Source of the DNA: Desulfobacteraceae bacterium | GTDB taxonomy: Bacteria; Desulfobacterota; Desulfobacteria; Desulfobacterales; ETH-SRB1 | Direction of reading: 5' to 3' | DNA: 64,000 bases | Assembly (NCBI GenBank): GCA_030593145.1 | Contig: JAUVHU010000001.1 | Span: 13,675-77,674 of the forward strand | Shown: piece after piece, positions 9,934 through 19,909 of the stretch | How positions within the stretch are numbered: position 1 is the stretch's first letter | How the letters are laid out: each line of letters starts with the position of its first letter | Position numbers and translations under genes: made by a program | Notes under the pieces: model-generated | The model's input: only the letters and a program-made list of their open reading frames with translations | What the model was told of the DNA's origin: nothing | Databases searched by the model: none

Positions 9934-11250
9934 ATGAAAAAGATTAATATTGGTTTATTAGGTTGCGGTACCGTGGGCACTGGTGTCGCAAAAATTCTTA
10001 TTGAAAACAAAGAATTAATCAGCTCCAGAGTGGGGGCCTGCCTGATTTTAAAACGCGTTGCCGATATAGATATCAAACGGGATAGAGGTGTCCGTTTTGA
10101 TGACGGGGTCATGACAACCGATGCTTACAGCGTTGTTGACGATACGGAAATCGATATTGTTGTCGAAATGATAGGTGGAGACGGTATTGCAAAGGACTTG
10201 ATTTTAAAAGCAATTAAGAACGATAAGCAGGTTGTTACCGCAAACAAAGCTCTTCTGGCTGTCCATGGCAATACCCTCTTTCGGGCCGCAGCCCAAAAAG
10301 GGGTTGATCTTGCTTTTGAAGCAAGCGTCGGCGGCTGTATGCCCATTATCAAATCATTGCGTGAATCCCTTGTCGGAAACACTATAAAGTCAATGACCGG
10401 CATTTTAAACGGCACATGTAACTATATTTTATCCGAAATTACATTTAATGGAAGCGCCTTTGAATCAGCTCTTTCCGAAGCACAGTCTAATGGGTTTGCG
10501 GAAGCAGATCCGACTCTGGATGTGGAAGGAATAGATACAGCCCATAAATTAGCTATATTAACATCGCTTGCCTATGGTATGAAAATTAACTTTCATGATA
10601 TCTATATTGAGGGAATATCAAACATTACACCCATAGATATCGAATTTGCCAGGCAATTCGGATACAGAATAAAGCTGCTGGCTATCAGTAAAAACAAGGG
10701 AAACAAGGTGGAGGCAAGGGTACACCCTGCAATGATACCTTTTGACAACCCGCTTTCCAATGTCAACGGTACCATGAATGCTATTACAATTTCCGGTGAT
10801 GCAGTGGGTGATATGATGCTGTATGGACACGGAGCCGGCATGATGCCAACCGCCAGCGCCGTGGTTGGCGATACGGTTGATCTTGTTCGTAATATTCTGT
10901 GCGGCTCAAAAGGAAGACTTCCTTTGTTATCATACCAGTTTGATAATATAAAAAAAATTCCTGTTATGCCGGTTGAAGATATATTTACCAATTATTATTT
11001 CAGGTTTTTGGCGCTGGATCACCCCGGCGTTCTTTCAAAATTAGCCGGTATCTTAGGCAATAACAGTATAAGCATCAAGTCTGTTCATCAAAAAGGACGT
11101 AAAACAAAAGGTTCTGTCCCAATCGTTATTCTTACACACCTTGCCAAAGAAGCAGATGTAAAAAAAGCTCTTTCCCAGATATCATCACTGGATATTATAA
11201 GCGACAGCCCTGTTCTTATACGAGTCGAAGACGAAAATGGAGAAAATTAA
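9934..11250 (+). CDS. hom: Homoserine dehydrogenase with C-terminal ACT domain
   Basis: GCGTVG, VVTANK, FEASVGG, GILNGTCN, GFAEADP, ACT (DHPGVL). Confidence 0.96.
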   Translation: MKKINIGLLGCGTVGTGVAKILIENKELISSRVGACLILKRVADIDIKRDRGVRFDDGVMTTDAYSVVDDTEIDIVVEMIGGDGIAKDLILKAIKNDKQVVTANKALLAVHGNTLFRAAAQKGVDLAFEASVGGCMPIIKSLRESLVGNTIKSMTGILNGTCNYILSEITFNGSAFESALSEAQSNGFAEADPTLDVEGIDTAHKLAILTSLAYGMKINFHDIYIEGISNITPIDIEFARQFGYRIKLLAISKNKGNKVEARVHPAMIPFDNPLSNVNGTMNAITISGDAVGDMMLYGHGAGMMPTASAVVGDTVDLVRNILCGSKGRLPLLSYQFDNIKKIPVMPVEDIFTNYYFRFLALDHPGVLSKLAGILGNNSISIKSVHQKGRKTKGSVPIVILTHLAKEADVKKALSQISSLDIISDSPVLIRVEDENGEN

Positions 11251-11258
11251 GAGAAATT

Positions 11259-11867
11259 ATGCATATCGTTTGTTCAGATCTTGAGGGTGTTTTTGTTCCT
11301 GAAATATGGATAGGTGTAGCTGAAAAAACAGGTATTAAAGAGCTCCGCTTAACAACCAGAGATATATCCGACTATGATATATTAATGAAAAAGCGTCTCG
11401 CCATCCTGGACAAACATGACCTTAAAGTGCAGGATATTCAAGAGGTTATAGAGAGTTTGGACCCGTTTGAAGGAGCTGTTGAGTTTCTTGACTGGTTAAG
11501 ATCCCGCACACAGGTAATAATTGTTTCAGATACATTTATCCAGTTTGCAGGCTCTTTGATGAAAAAGCTTGGCTGGCCCACACTTTTTTGCAATTCACTG
11601 TCTTTAGATAAAAACGGTTCAATTATAAATTATAATATACGCCAAAAGGATGGTAAACAAAAGGCTGTGCTTTCGTTAAAAAACCTAAACTATCAAATTA
11701 TAGCTGTTGGCGACTCTTATAACGATATTGCAATGTTAAAGGAGGCTGATACAGGGATTCTTTTTAGTCCTCCGGATAATATTAAAAATGAGTTTAAAGA
11801 GCTTCCGGTTTCATATAACTATGATGAGCTTAAAAAAATTATCCGAAAAACACTGAAAACAACATAA
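11259..11867 (+). CDS. thrH: Phosphoserine phosphatase/homoserine phosphotransferase ThrH
   Basis: DLEGVFVPEIW, TTRDISDYD, GDSYND HAD motifs. Confidence 0.93.
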   Translation: MHIVCSDLEGVFVPEIWIGVAEKTGIKELRLTTRDISDYDILMKKRLAILDKHDLKVQDIQEVIESLDPFEGAVEFLDWLRSRTQVIIVSDTFIQFAGSLMKKLGWPTLFCNSLSLDKNGSIINYNIRQKDGKQKAVLSLKNLNYQIIAVGDSYNDIAMLKEADTGILFSPPDNIKNEFKELPVSYNYDELKKIIRKTLKTT

Positions 11868-11967
11868 CCCGGACAAACCGGAACCAAACAGGATATATTT
11901 ATCACGAAAATACGAAACTTGATGCGGAATAGGAATGACAAGAATGTGCGTTTTTTTGACTTTTTTC

Positions 11968-12036
11968 TGTTTCGTGTTTTTATCTTTTTGTGCTTTGCGG
12001 CGTACGCCTTGAAAAGAAACGTGATTGTTTTTTAAC
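11968..12036. repeat. Dispersed 69-bp repeat, copy 1
   Basis: 60/69 identical to 17514-17582; shared core TTTGCGGCGTACGCCTTGAAAAGA. Confidence 0.8.
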
Positions 12037-12038
12037 CC

Positions 12039-12467
12039 ATGATTACACATAAAACAAAATACAGGGTTATTTACGGCGATACGGATAAAATGGGGATTGC
12101 CTATCATGCAAACTACTTGCGCTGGTTTGAAATGGGTCGCTCGGAACTGTTCAGACATATTGGTTTTACCTATAAAGAGATAGAAGAAAAAGGCATTTTC
12201 CTTCCTGTATCCGAGGCCTATTGTAAGTTTTTGCTTCCTGCACAATATGATGATGTTTTGATTATCGAAACCTCTATTGATAACAGCGTTAAAGGCGGTA
12301 TGAAGTTTAATTATAGTATATCTAATGAAAACGGTAAAAAGATTCTTGTAACAGGACATACAAAACACGCCTTTGTTAATAGTGGTGGCCGTGTAGTGCG
12401 CCCACCCGACTTTCTGACAGATCTTTTGAAAGATTATGTGGCGCCTGTTTCTCAAGATAGCCGATGA
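12039..12467 (+). CDS. YbgC/FadM-family acyl-CoA thioesterase
   Basis: RVIYGDTDKMGIAYHANYLRWFEMGR hot-dog motif. Confidence 0.9.
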   Translation: MITHKTKYRVIYGDTDKMGIAYHANYLRWFEMGRSELFRHIGFTYKEIEEKGIFLPVSEAYCKFLLPAQYDDVLIIETSIDNSVKGGMKFNYSISNENGKKILVTGHTKHAFVNSGGRVVRPPDFLTDLLKDYVAPVSQDSR

Positions 12468-12490
12468 GGGCATCAGATAGAAGCCTGTCC

Positions 12491-12726
12491 GAGACCTTTG
12501 AAAAATGCTCAAACTTTGCCTGCCATGTTAAATTTGAAAACTATTGAACCGGGGTTCAAGTTCAAGGAAAGCAAATTTTTTAATTAATCTGAAGAATACG
12601 TTGAAAATTATTATTTTTAAATGTTGCATTATAAATTAAAACACTCAAAATTACATTTAAGGCTGACGCCGGCATAAAGTAAAAATAGTGCTATTTGGGC
12701 AAAAGAAGGGGTTTTGCAACGGTCTC
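12491..12726. mobile_element. MITE with GAGACCTTTG-type (IS5-family-like) ends
   Basis: GAGACCTTTGAAAAA ... TTTTGCAACGGTCTC; internal blocks shared with the reverse complement of 62575-62738. Confidence 0.7.
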
Positions 12727-12759
12727 GGTTCGTGTGTGTCTATAGCTAATAAATCAAAT

Positions 12760-14205
12760 ATGAATATTGATATTTCAAAATTTAATCAATCCAGACTCTT
12801 GGTCGTTGGCGACATAATGGTGGATGAATATCTCTGGGGAAAGGTTGACAGAATATCTCCCGAAGCTCCTGTCCAGATTGTTTCCGTAGAAGATGAAGTG
12901 TTTACACTTGGCGGGGCTGGTAATGTAGCTAACAACATTGTCTCTCTTGGCGCAAACGTTTCTGTAGCAGGCATAATAGGTACAGACAGGTGCGGAAATG
13001 TTTTGCTTAAAAAATTTAAGGCGCTTGGGGTGGATACGGAAGGTATTATACAGATCCCCGGCAGGCCAACCACGAGAAAGACAAGGGTCATTGCTAATAA
13101 CCAGCAGGTATTGAGAATCGATAGAGAAACAAAACAGGATATATCCGATGCCACTATGGAGCTTCTGGTTAAATATATTGATGCTAAAATGCCCCTTGTT
13201 GAAGCTGTGCTAATCTCTGATTATAGCAAAGGCTTGCTTACCGAAAAATTTATCAAAAAAATAATAAGCTCTGCGAAAAAACACAACAAAATTACAATTG
13301 CTGATCCAAAAGGTTTAAGTTTCTCAAAATATTCCGGCATATCTTTACTTACACCAAACAAAAAAGAGGCTTCGCTGGTCTCGGGTGTTGATATTATTGA
13401 TAGATCATCCCTCTTAAAAGCCGGAACCAAAATCCTGAATACAGTTGATATTGACAACCTGTTAATAACATGCGGCAAAGAAGGAATGGTTCTGTTTGAA
13501 CGCAACAAAGAACCATATATAATCAACTCCAAGGCAAGACAAGTTTTTGATGTGTCCGGCGCTGGTGATACGGTTGCCGCTGTCTTTGGGTTGGCAATAG
13601 CGTCCGGAGCTTCTTTTGCAGATAGCGCTGTTATAGCAAATGCTGCTGCTGGTATAGTTGTCGGCAAACTTGGAACCGCCACAGTCTCACAAAAAGAGCT
13701 TTCTTTTGCACTAAAACCATATCCTGATGATATAATATTTAAACATAAAAACCTGTCTGAACTTCCGGTACTTATCCAGGAGTTAAGAAAAAACGGAAAA
13801 AGAATTGTTTTAACAAATGGATGTTTTGATATTTTACACACAGGCCATATTATGCTTTTTTCAGCATCAAAGCAGTTTGGCGATATTTTAATAGTGGCTA
13901 TTGATGATGATGATTCCGTAAAAAAACTTAAAGGCAAGGGAAGGCCTGTATTAAGCGCTAATGAGCGGGTTAAAATATTAAGCGCTCTTGACAGTGTTGA
14001 TTATGTTGTAGTCTTTTCTTCAGATAAATTAAATGAATTAATTAATATTATACGTCCGGATGTGCTTACAAAAGGCAGTAACTATTCGTCAAAAGGAGTT
14101 GTTGGACACGAAACTATTGAACAATTTGGTGGTAAAACCGTCATCGTCCCCATTACGGAAAAGATCTCATCAAGTATTATTATAGATAATATCAGACATA
14201 GCTAA
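12760..14205 (+). CDS. hldE: Bifunctional heptose-7-phosphate kinase/heptose-1-phosphate adenylyltransferase
   Basis: RISPEAPV, GGAGNVA, DVSGAGDT, NGCFDILHTGH; start moved to ATG 12760 because the longer ORF begins inside the MITE. Confidence 0.93.
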   Translation: MNIDISKFNQSRLLVVGDIMVDEYLWGKVDRISPEAPVQIVSVEDEVFTLGGAGNVANNIVSLGANVSVAGIIGTDRCGNVLLKKFKALGVDTEGIIQIPGRPTTRKTRVIANNQQVLRIDRETKQDISDATMELLVKYIDAKMPLVEAVLISDYSKGLLTEKFIKKIISSAKKHNKITIADPKGLSFSKYSGISLLTPNKKEASLVSGVDIIDRSSLLKAGTKILNTVDIDNLLITCGKEGMVLFERNKEPYIINSKARQVFDVSGAGDTVAAVFGLAIASGASFADSAVIANAAAGIVVGKLGTATVSQKELSFALKPYPDDIIFKHKNLSELPVLIQELRKNGKRIVLTNGCFDILHTGHIMLFSASKQFGDILIVAIDDDDSVKKLKGKGRPVLSANERVKILSALDSVDYVVVFSSDKLNELINIIRPDVLTKGSNYSSKGVVGHETIEQFGGKTVIVPITEKISSSIIIDNIRHS

Positions 14206-14260
14206 AAACAGTAAATCAGATGTAAAGAAATCTGACCCAAAGAAGTGTGGTTTAGTTCAA

Positions 14261-14332
14261 TTGGAATGGTGGAATAGTGAGATCAAAAGTAAAAGCTTTC
14301 TTGATTCGTTATTCCAATGTTCCATTATTCCA
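14261..14332. repeat. Octamer-periodic inverted repeat (TGGAATGG/TGGAATAG ... TATTCCAA/TGTTCCAT/TATTCCAG)
   Basis: Read directly in the hldE-DUF167 spacer. Confidence 0.6.
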
Positions 14333-14414
14333 GTCCCCCTGGCCATATTTACAGGCAAGGTCTAATATCTCTGACCTGATCCAGAAGACCAAGTTTTCTA
14401 TGTTAGAATAAATA

Positions 14415-14744
14415 ATGTTTGTAATAAAAGAAAACAGCGATGGTTTGACATTTAAGATATTTGTTCAACCAAGATCCTCTTCAAATATGATAGTTGGTCT
14501 TTATAATGATGCAATTAAAATCAAAATTAAAGCTGCTCCTGTTGATGGAGCTGCCAATAGTATGTGTATTAACTTTCTGGCAAAACTACTTAAAACACCC
14601 AAATCATCAATTAATATAATATCTGGACAAAATTCCAGGACAAAAAAAATCCTTATTAAATATAAAGATAATAATTTGTTAAAAAAGAACAAAGAGTTGA
14701 TTGAAAATTTAATACGATCTATATTAAACAAAAAAATAGCTTGA
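14415..14744 (+). CDS. DUF167/YggU-family protein
   Basis: VQPRSS, IKIKAAPVDGAAN, IISGQNSRTK. Confidence 0.88.
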   Translation: MFVIKENSDGLTFKIFVQPRSSSNMIVGLYNDAIKIKIKAAPVDGAANSMCINFLAKLLKTPKSSINIISGQNSRTKKILIKYKDNNLLKKNKELIENLIRSILNKKIA

Positions 14745-14769
14745 CTTAGACTGTCTTTTTGTTTAACAT
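14741..14769 (+). promoter_or_regulatory. Sigma70 promoter for tRNA-fMet
   Basis: TTGACT-17 bp-TAACAT, 12 nt upstream of the tRNA. Confidence 0.7.
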
Positions 14770-14781
14770 AATTCTTTTTGA

Positions 14782-14858
<77 letters not shown>

Positions 14859-14868
14859 CGAGAAGAAC

Positions 14869-14900
14869 AAGGGGTTACGGATGATTCGTAACCCCTTTTT
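14869..14900 (+). terminator. Intrinsic terminator after tRNA-fMet
   Basis: AAGGGGTTACG-gatgatt-CGTAACCCCTT followed by a T-tract. Confidence 0.85.
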
Positions 14901-14953
14901 AAATTGGCGTTAAAGATAGTTTTTCCATATATTACTCACTCCTTTGACATAAG

Positions 14954-15021
14954 GAGACTATCCGAGAATTATGTCCGTAACAAAAAAGTATGAGAACAAG
15001 ACAAAATTTTTGAGCAGTCCC
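14954..15021. mobile_element. Second copy of the 68-bp MITE-like element
   Basis: 51/68 identical to 7075-7142 without gaps. Confidence 0.65.
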
Positions 15022-15053
15022 CATAGTCAACTCAAATAAGAATCGTCCCAAAC

Positions 15054-15093
15054 AAAAAGAGGGCTTACCATAATAGGCAAACCCTCTTTTTTT
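15054..15093. terminator. Bidirectional intrinsic terminator
   Basis: AAAAAGAGGG...CCCTCTTTTTTT. Confidence 0.75.
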
Positions 15094-15301
15094 CTTAACC
15101 GGTTCTCCTACCCGTATTTATTCACGGGTAGGAAATCGATGCTGCAGTGCTAAAAGTAAATTGGATGTTTTTTCATAGAGCCCTCGTTTTAGAATAAAAC
15201 CATATTGTTGGTTTTCCTTTTAGGGTCTTAATATCCATCTGTCCTCGTTGAGCCATGCCTTCTCAAGTCGCTCTGGCCGTCTGTTTTCAGCTAAACTTCC
15301 T

Positions 15302-15427
15302 GAGAGCTTCTCAGACAGACTTTTTTATTTTCCGAAGGTCATCGTATGGCTTTATCTTTATTTAACCGGATTTTTTTATAGACTAAGCTAAATTTTAACC
15401 AAAATTGTGGGTTTATGAAAAGGTCTC
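15302..15427. mobile_element. Degenerate MITE with GAGA(C/G)CTT-type ends
   Basis: GAGAGCTTCTCAGACA ... TTTATGAAAAGGTCTC imperfect TIR pair. Confidence 0.5.
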
Positions 15428-15429
15428 CG

Positions 15430-16257
15430 TTAAACTGTTTTTTGAAAAACCATTACACCCCAATCTTTCTCTACCTCACTTCTTTCCAGCTTAAAAAATT
15501 TCTGCGTATAAAGCTTTTTAATATCCGGCATTTCATCTGTTCTAAAGCCTGAAATTACAACCGCTGCTTTATGTTCTGTAATATGATTTAAAAGAAAATA
15601 TAATTTTTTCAGTGTAGGATAGCGCAAGTTTGCAGTTATCAGGGAAAATTGCTGGTCAATATTATCGAGAGACCAATTATGGATATTAATTCTATCGGAT
15701 AGATTGTTGATTAAAATAGTTTTTTTAGCTTCAGATCTTGCAACAGGATCAATATCAATTCCAATGGCCCTGTTTATCCCAAGCAAAATTGCCGCAATTG
15801 CAAGAACACCTGAACCTGTTCCTATATCAAGCGCAAAGCTGTTTTGTCTGCCATTTAAAAATCTATTTATAGATAGAGCGTGTTCGACACCTCTGATTGC
15901 CAGCCTTGTTGTTGGATGTTCGCCATTGCCAAATGACATCCCCTGTAATATCTCAATTACCAAATCACCGGTTTTACGCTGATATGAAATTCCGGGCGGC
16001 TTAATAACAATCCGCGACGATATTCGTACCGGCTTGTTAAAGGATTTCTCCAGGAAATTGTGTCCATACTTATAAGTATATGCTAGTATCTGTTCTGTAA
16101 TTAGAGACTTGACAGCGTGTCTTATCTGTCTTTTGGAATAAAAACAACTGTTTACTAATTCCTTTTCTATATCCAGTTGAGTCAGGTGTTTGCTTGATGC
16201 AAATACCGTTTCAGCCACTTTCTGTTTAATTAAATCTAAATCGCTCCTGTCATTCAA
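15430..16257 (-). CDS. prmA: Ribosomal protein L11 methyltransferase-like
   Basis: SFGNGEHPTT, LDIGTGSGVL, GIDIDP; atypical N-terminal domain. Confidence 0.78.
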   Translation of the reverse strand: MNDRSDLDLIKQKVAETVFASSKHLTQLDIEKELVNSCFYSKRQIRHAVKSLITEQILAYTYKYGHNFLEKSFNKPVRISSRIVIKPPGISYQRKTGDLVIEILQGMSFGNGEHPTTRLAIRGVEHALSINRFLNGRQNSFALDIGTGSGVLAIAAILLGINRAIGIDIDPVARSEAKKTILINNLSDRINIHNWSLDNIDQQFSLITANLRYPTLKKLYFLLNHITEHKAAVVISGFRTDEMPDIKKLYTQKFFKLERSEVEKDWGVMVFQKTV

Positions 16258-16600
16258 GCTTTCCTTCCTTTTTCAACAGTTCCTTATACCAGCACGCAAA
16301 CTCAAACATACCTATATACTTTTCATCTTTATCGATTATTCCAAGACAAAGCTCAAAAGCACCCCTGCCGTACTCGTTGGTATATGTTTCTGGATCACAT
16401 ATTCGCATAAAATCGCTAACCAGCGTCTGTGTTGTACGTTTTGAGACATCTTTTCTGATATCTATTGGATCTTGCGGCTTGATAAAAGGATCCCATGCTT
16501 CATACCCTTTTTTCAGGATGTGTTTTTGACGCCGCGGGGCCATGCTGTCAAAAATATACTTTTTTCTCTTTTCCTCCTCTTCATGAGAAATTTCTGTCAT
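16250..16600 (-). CDS. Hypothetical protein
   Basis: 116-aa ORF with AGGAG SD, tightly coupled to both neighbours. Confidence 0.75.
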   Translation of the reverse strand: MTEISHEEEEKRKKYIFDSMAPRRQKHILKKGYEAWDPFIKPQDPIDIRKDVSKRTTQTLVSDFMRICDPETYTNEYGRGAFELCLGIIDKDEKYIGMFEFACWYKELLKKEGKLE

Positions 16601-16603
16601 TTT

Positions 16604-17299
16604 TTACTCCTTTTGGTCTTTCTGCTTTTCTTTGGGGCTATCTTGTTCAATGGTTTTTAATCCAAAAAACTCTTCATTATAATTTGTGAGAAGCGCCATA
16701 GATAACGGTACAAGCATATCCACCATTTTCACATGCCCGGATTTAATTTCTTTTACAAACTCAGCGGATATTTTGTAAAGCTTGTTCTGGAGCACATCCA
16801 GATTTACCGTAGGATACTGCTTGCCCTCAACAAAACCGGATTTGCCGCACGTATGACCTAATCCGCCAATAGTGGTTGGAATCCCGTATAGTCTGCATGT
16901 TATAGGCCGATATTCATACATATCGCAAAGGTTCTGCTCGTTCAGCAGCGGACACCTGATCCGTTTCTCTGCTATCTCCTTTAATATGTCTTCCTCTTTT
17001 TTTCCTGCCTCCAGGTCTTTGTATGCCTTTTTCTTTATCCTGTGTACCTCACGATCAGCCCTGTTTAATTTATCAACAAGCCTGTTTTTTTCTTTTCCTT
17101 TAAATTTTTTGTTGAATTGATAATTTATATATAATCCTTCAATCAAACCAAGATCGAAAAGCGCATTACAACAGTCGGAACACTCCTGTTTGCATGTTAC
17201 ACATTCCGGATGCTCTTTTTTTACACGCTCAAAAACAGTATCCGCCATAGCCACAATCTCTTCATATTTTCTGAAAAAAGGTGTAAAATCTATATCCAT
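16604..17299 (-). CDS. YkgJ-family cysteine-cluster (Zn/Fe-chelating) protein
   Basis: CKQECSDCC, CPLL...CDMYEYRPITCRLYG. Confidence 0.88.
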   Translation of the reverse strand: MDIDFTPFFRKYEEIVAMADTVFERVKKEHPECVTCKQECSDCCNALFDLGLIEGLYINYQFNKKFKGKEKNRLVDKLNRADREVHRIKKKAYKDLEAGKKEEDILKEIAEKRIRCPLLNEQNLCDMYEYRPITCRLYGIPTTIGGLGHTCGKSGFVEGKQYPTVNLDVLQNKLYKISAEFVKEIKSGHVKMVDMLVPLSMALLTNYNEEFFGLKTIEQDSPKEKQKDQKE

Positions 17300-17513
17300 A
17301 ATTATACTCCTAACAAAACAGCCTGTATCAGTTTAGGTTTTTTAAAAAGACTTTTTGACAGGATTAACAAGATGCTCAGGCATTAAAACATCAAAACCAA
17401 TCCAGTCAATGTTATTTTTTCACTTGAAACAAAATCATGTTTATCCTTGTTTGCCCGCCATAGAGGGTTATCCTGTCGGATTTTTTCAAAGGGCTATGGT
17501 GTTACATTTTTTT

Positions 17514-17582
17514 TGTTTCGTGCTTTCCTCATTTCGTGTTTTGCGGCGTACGCCTTGAAAAGAGACGTAATTGCTTTTTAAC
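17514..17582. repeat. Dispersed 69-bp repeat, copy 2
   Basis: 60/69 identical to 11968-12036. Confidence 0.8.
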
Positions 17583-17587
17583 AGGCT

Positions 17588-17603
17588 TGTTTCACGTGAA
17601 ACA
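17588..17603. promoter_or_regulatory. parS: parS centromere site (ParB binding)
   Basis: Perfect consensus palindrome TGTTTCACGTGAAACA abutting the mnmE stop codon. Confidence 0.93.
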
Positions 17604-19010
17604 TTATTTTCCAATACAAAAACTGCTAAAAATCTTATCAAGAACTTCCTCCCTTGCCGCAACACCTGTAATTTCTCCGAGCGAGTCGATACTCCCTTGA
17701 ACATCGATGGCAATCAACTCAAAAGGAACCTCTGCCTGAAACCCTTCAATAGATAGAGAAACTGACTCGAGGCTTTTATCAAGAGCTATCTTGTGCCGCA
17801 GGTTTGGAATAATTTTATCAGCTATATCAATGCCTTGTCCAGACAATACGGTTTTTGCCACTAAATCTTTAAGGGTTTCAATCCCGCGATTATAACGCGC
17901 TGATATTGTTACCTGAGGCACATCAGCCCAATGGCTCGGAATATTCATGGCAAACTTCTCATCTACAAGATCTGATTTATTAATCACAAGAATCGTTTTC
18001 TTATTATTTATTTTTTCGAAGATTGCAATATCCTCGCTTGTCAGCGGACAGCTCGCATCAACCATAAACAAGACCAGATCACAACCGGAAGTATGTTCAT
18101 ATGTCTTTTTTATGCCGATCACCTCAACAGGATCGTCGGTTTTATGAAGACCTGCGGTATCGGTAATTATAACCGGAATGCCATGGATATTTAAAGTTTC
18201 TTCTATTAAGTCCCTTGTTGTGCCCGGCACACATGTAACAATAGCTCGATCTTTTTTAATTAAACTATTCATAAGGCTCGATTTGCCTACATTAGGTTGT
18301 CCGACAATAACGAGATTTACTCCATCTCTTAAAACATGAGCATTGTCATATTGTTCAATCAACTCTTTTAACCGAGCAACCACCCCTCCCTGCAACTCCT
18401 CTATTGCTGAATCAGCATCAATTGTTTTTCCAACGTCATCAGAGAATTCTATAGCCGCACTTACCTTGGTCATGATATTTACAAGCACACCCCTTATGGC
18501 CTCAACCCTAACCTTCATATCCCCCTTAATCTGGGATGTAGCAATTTCAAGCGCTTTGTCGGTCCTTGCATTAATAATATCAATAACCGCCTCAGCCTGA
18601 GTCAAATCTATACGACCATTTATATATGCCCTTTTTGTAAATTCCCCGGGCTCCGCAGGTTTCACACCTTGCTTTAATACCAGCAACAGAATAGCGCTTA
18701 ACACAGCATAACCTGAATGTGCTTGTATCTCCACAACATCCTCACGTGTATATGAACAGGGAGCCTTCATAACCGCTAAAACAACCTCGTCAAGAACCAA
18801 ACCGTTTTCAGGGTCAATAATGTGTCCATGATACAGCCGGTGTGTTTTAAAAGAAAAGTTGTTTGCGGTATCCAGCCATTCTTGTTTAAAGCCTGATTTT
18901 CTAAAGATGTGCGCTGCAATGGATAATGCGTTGGGGCCGGAAATTTTGATGATACCGATACCACCGCAACCAATCGGGGTAGCAATGGCGGCAATTGTTG
19001 AACTGTTCAT
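17604..19010 (-). CDS. mnmE: tRNA modification GTPase MnmE
   Basis: TIAAIATP, GQPNVGKSS, PGTTRD, DTAG, NKSD, C-terminal FCIGK. Confidence 0.97.
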   Translation of the reverse strand: MNSSTIAAIATPIGCGGIGIIKISGPNALSIAAHIFRKSGFKQEWLDTANNFSFKTHRLYHGHIIDPENGLVLDEVVLAVMKAPCSYTREDVVEIQAHSGYAVLSAILLLVLKQGVKPAEPGEFTKRAYINGRIDLTQAEAVIDIINARTDKALEIATSQIKGDMKVRVEAIRGVLVNIMTKVSAAIEFSDDVGKTIDADSAIEELQGGVVARLKELIEQYDNAHVLRDGVNLVIVGQPNVGKSSLMNSLIKKDRAIVTCVPGTTRDLIEETLNIHGIPVIITDTAGLHKTDDPVEVIGIKKTYEHTSGCDLVLFMVDASCPLTSEDIAIFEKINNKKTILVINKSDLVDEKFAMNIPSHWADVPQVTISARYNRGIETLKDLVAKTVLSGQGIDIADKIIPNLRHKIALDKSLESVSLSIEGFQAEVPFELIAIDVQGSIDSLGEITGVAAREEVLDKIFSSFCIGK

Positions 19011-19099
19011 TTTTTATAACTGATTGAATTTGCTGGATTCCCGCTTTCGGAAAAACGAAAAAAGGTAGAAATCCGACTTTTTACGAAAGCATCAATTGT

Positions 19100-19897
19100 T
19101 TATTTGCTCGATTGTGTTTTTCTGTTCCGCTCAGAACCTTTCTTCGGAAATATCATCATCTTCTTTATAAAACCATCACCGATGCTCTTTACCCTTACAT
19201 TAGCATCATTCTTTAAAGCAAGATGGACGATTCTTCTGTCATGAGCATTCATTTGACCTATATTCACAGGTTTTTTTGTGTCTTTTACCTTTTCCGAAAG
19301 TCGCCTAACCATTTTTTTCAGGTTGGCGCGTCTTGCCTCCAGATAACCTTCAACATCTACTTGAACGCGGATTCTTTGTTCGATATTGTTGTTTATTGCT
19401 TTTTCTGTAAGATGTTGCATTGCTTCAAGGGTTTGCCCGTGCTTACCAATAAGAAGCGCAGATGTGCCGCCCGTAATATCAAAAAACACATTACCGGAAT
19501 TCTTTTTAATCGATATTGAAGCATCTGTGGTTATAAAATCGATAATCTGCTGCAAAATATTTCTTCCAAGATCGATGGCCTCATCATAAGCTTTGTCTGC
19601 ATCTAAGTCGGCCGGAACTATCTGAGACTCTGCCAGAGGTTCCGCCTGAGGCTCTTGTTGAGGCAGAGACTGGGGTGGCGGTGTCTCAGCCTTTGATGGA
19701 GAAACAACCCCTGTTGCCTTCTCAGGTACAACTACTCGAATTTTTGCTTTTTTTGACCCAACAAGACCAAAAATACCGGTAGAACCATATGAAATTACAT
19801 CATGCTTAAGCTTATCTTTCGATACGCTTAGTTCTTTACAAGCTTTTTGCAGCGCTTGTTCAACATTTTTTCCCTCAAATTCCAAACCAGGAGACAT
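19100..19897 (-). CDS. jag: Jag/EloR (KhpB) RNA-binding protein
   Basis: Jag_N (EGKNVEQAL), KH (LIGKHGQTLEA), R3H (RRIVH). Confidence 0.93.
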   Translation of the reverse strand: MSPGLEFEGKNVEQALQKACKELSVSKDKLKHDVISYGSTGIFGLVGSKKAKIRVVVPEKATGVVSPSKAETPPPQSLPQQEPQAEPLAESQIVPADLDADKAYDEAIDLGRNILQQIIDFITTDASISIKKNSGNVFFDITGGTSALLIGKHGQTLEAMQHLTEKAINNNIEQRIRVQVDVEGYLEARRANLKKMVRRLSEKVKDTKKPVNIGQMNAHDRRIVHLALKNDANVRVKSIGDGFIKKMMIFPKKGSERNRKTQSSK

Positions 19898-19909
19898 GCA
19901 AAACCTCCG

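Noticed and set aside
12688-12759. N-terminal extension of HldE in the ORF track
   Set aside because: Derives from the MITE end; homology begins at ATG 12760
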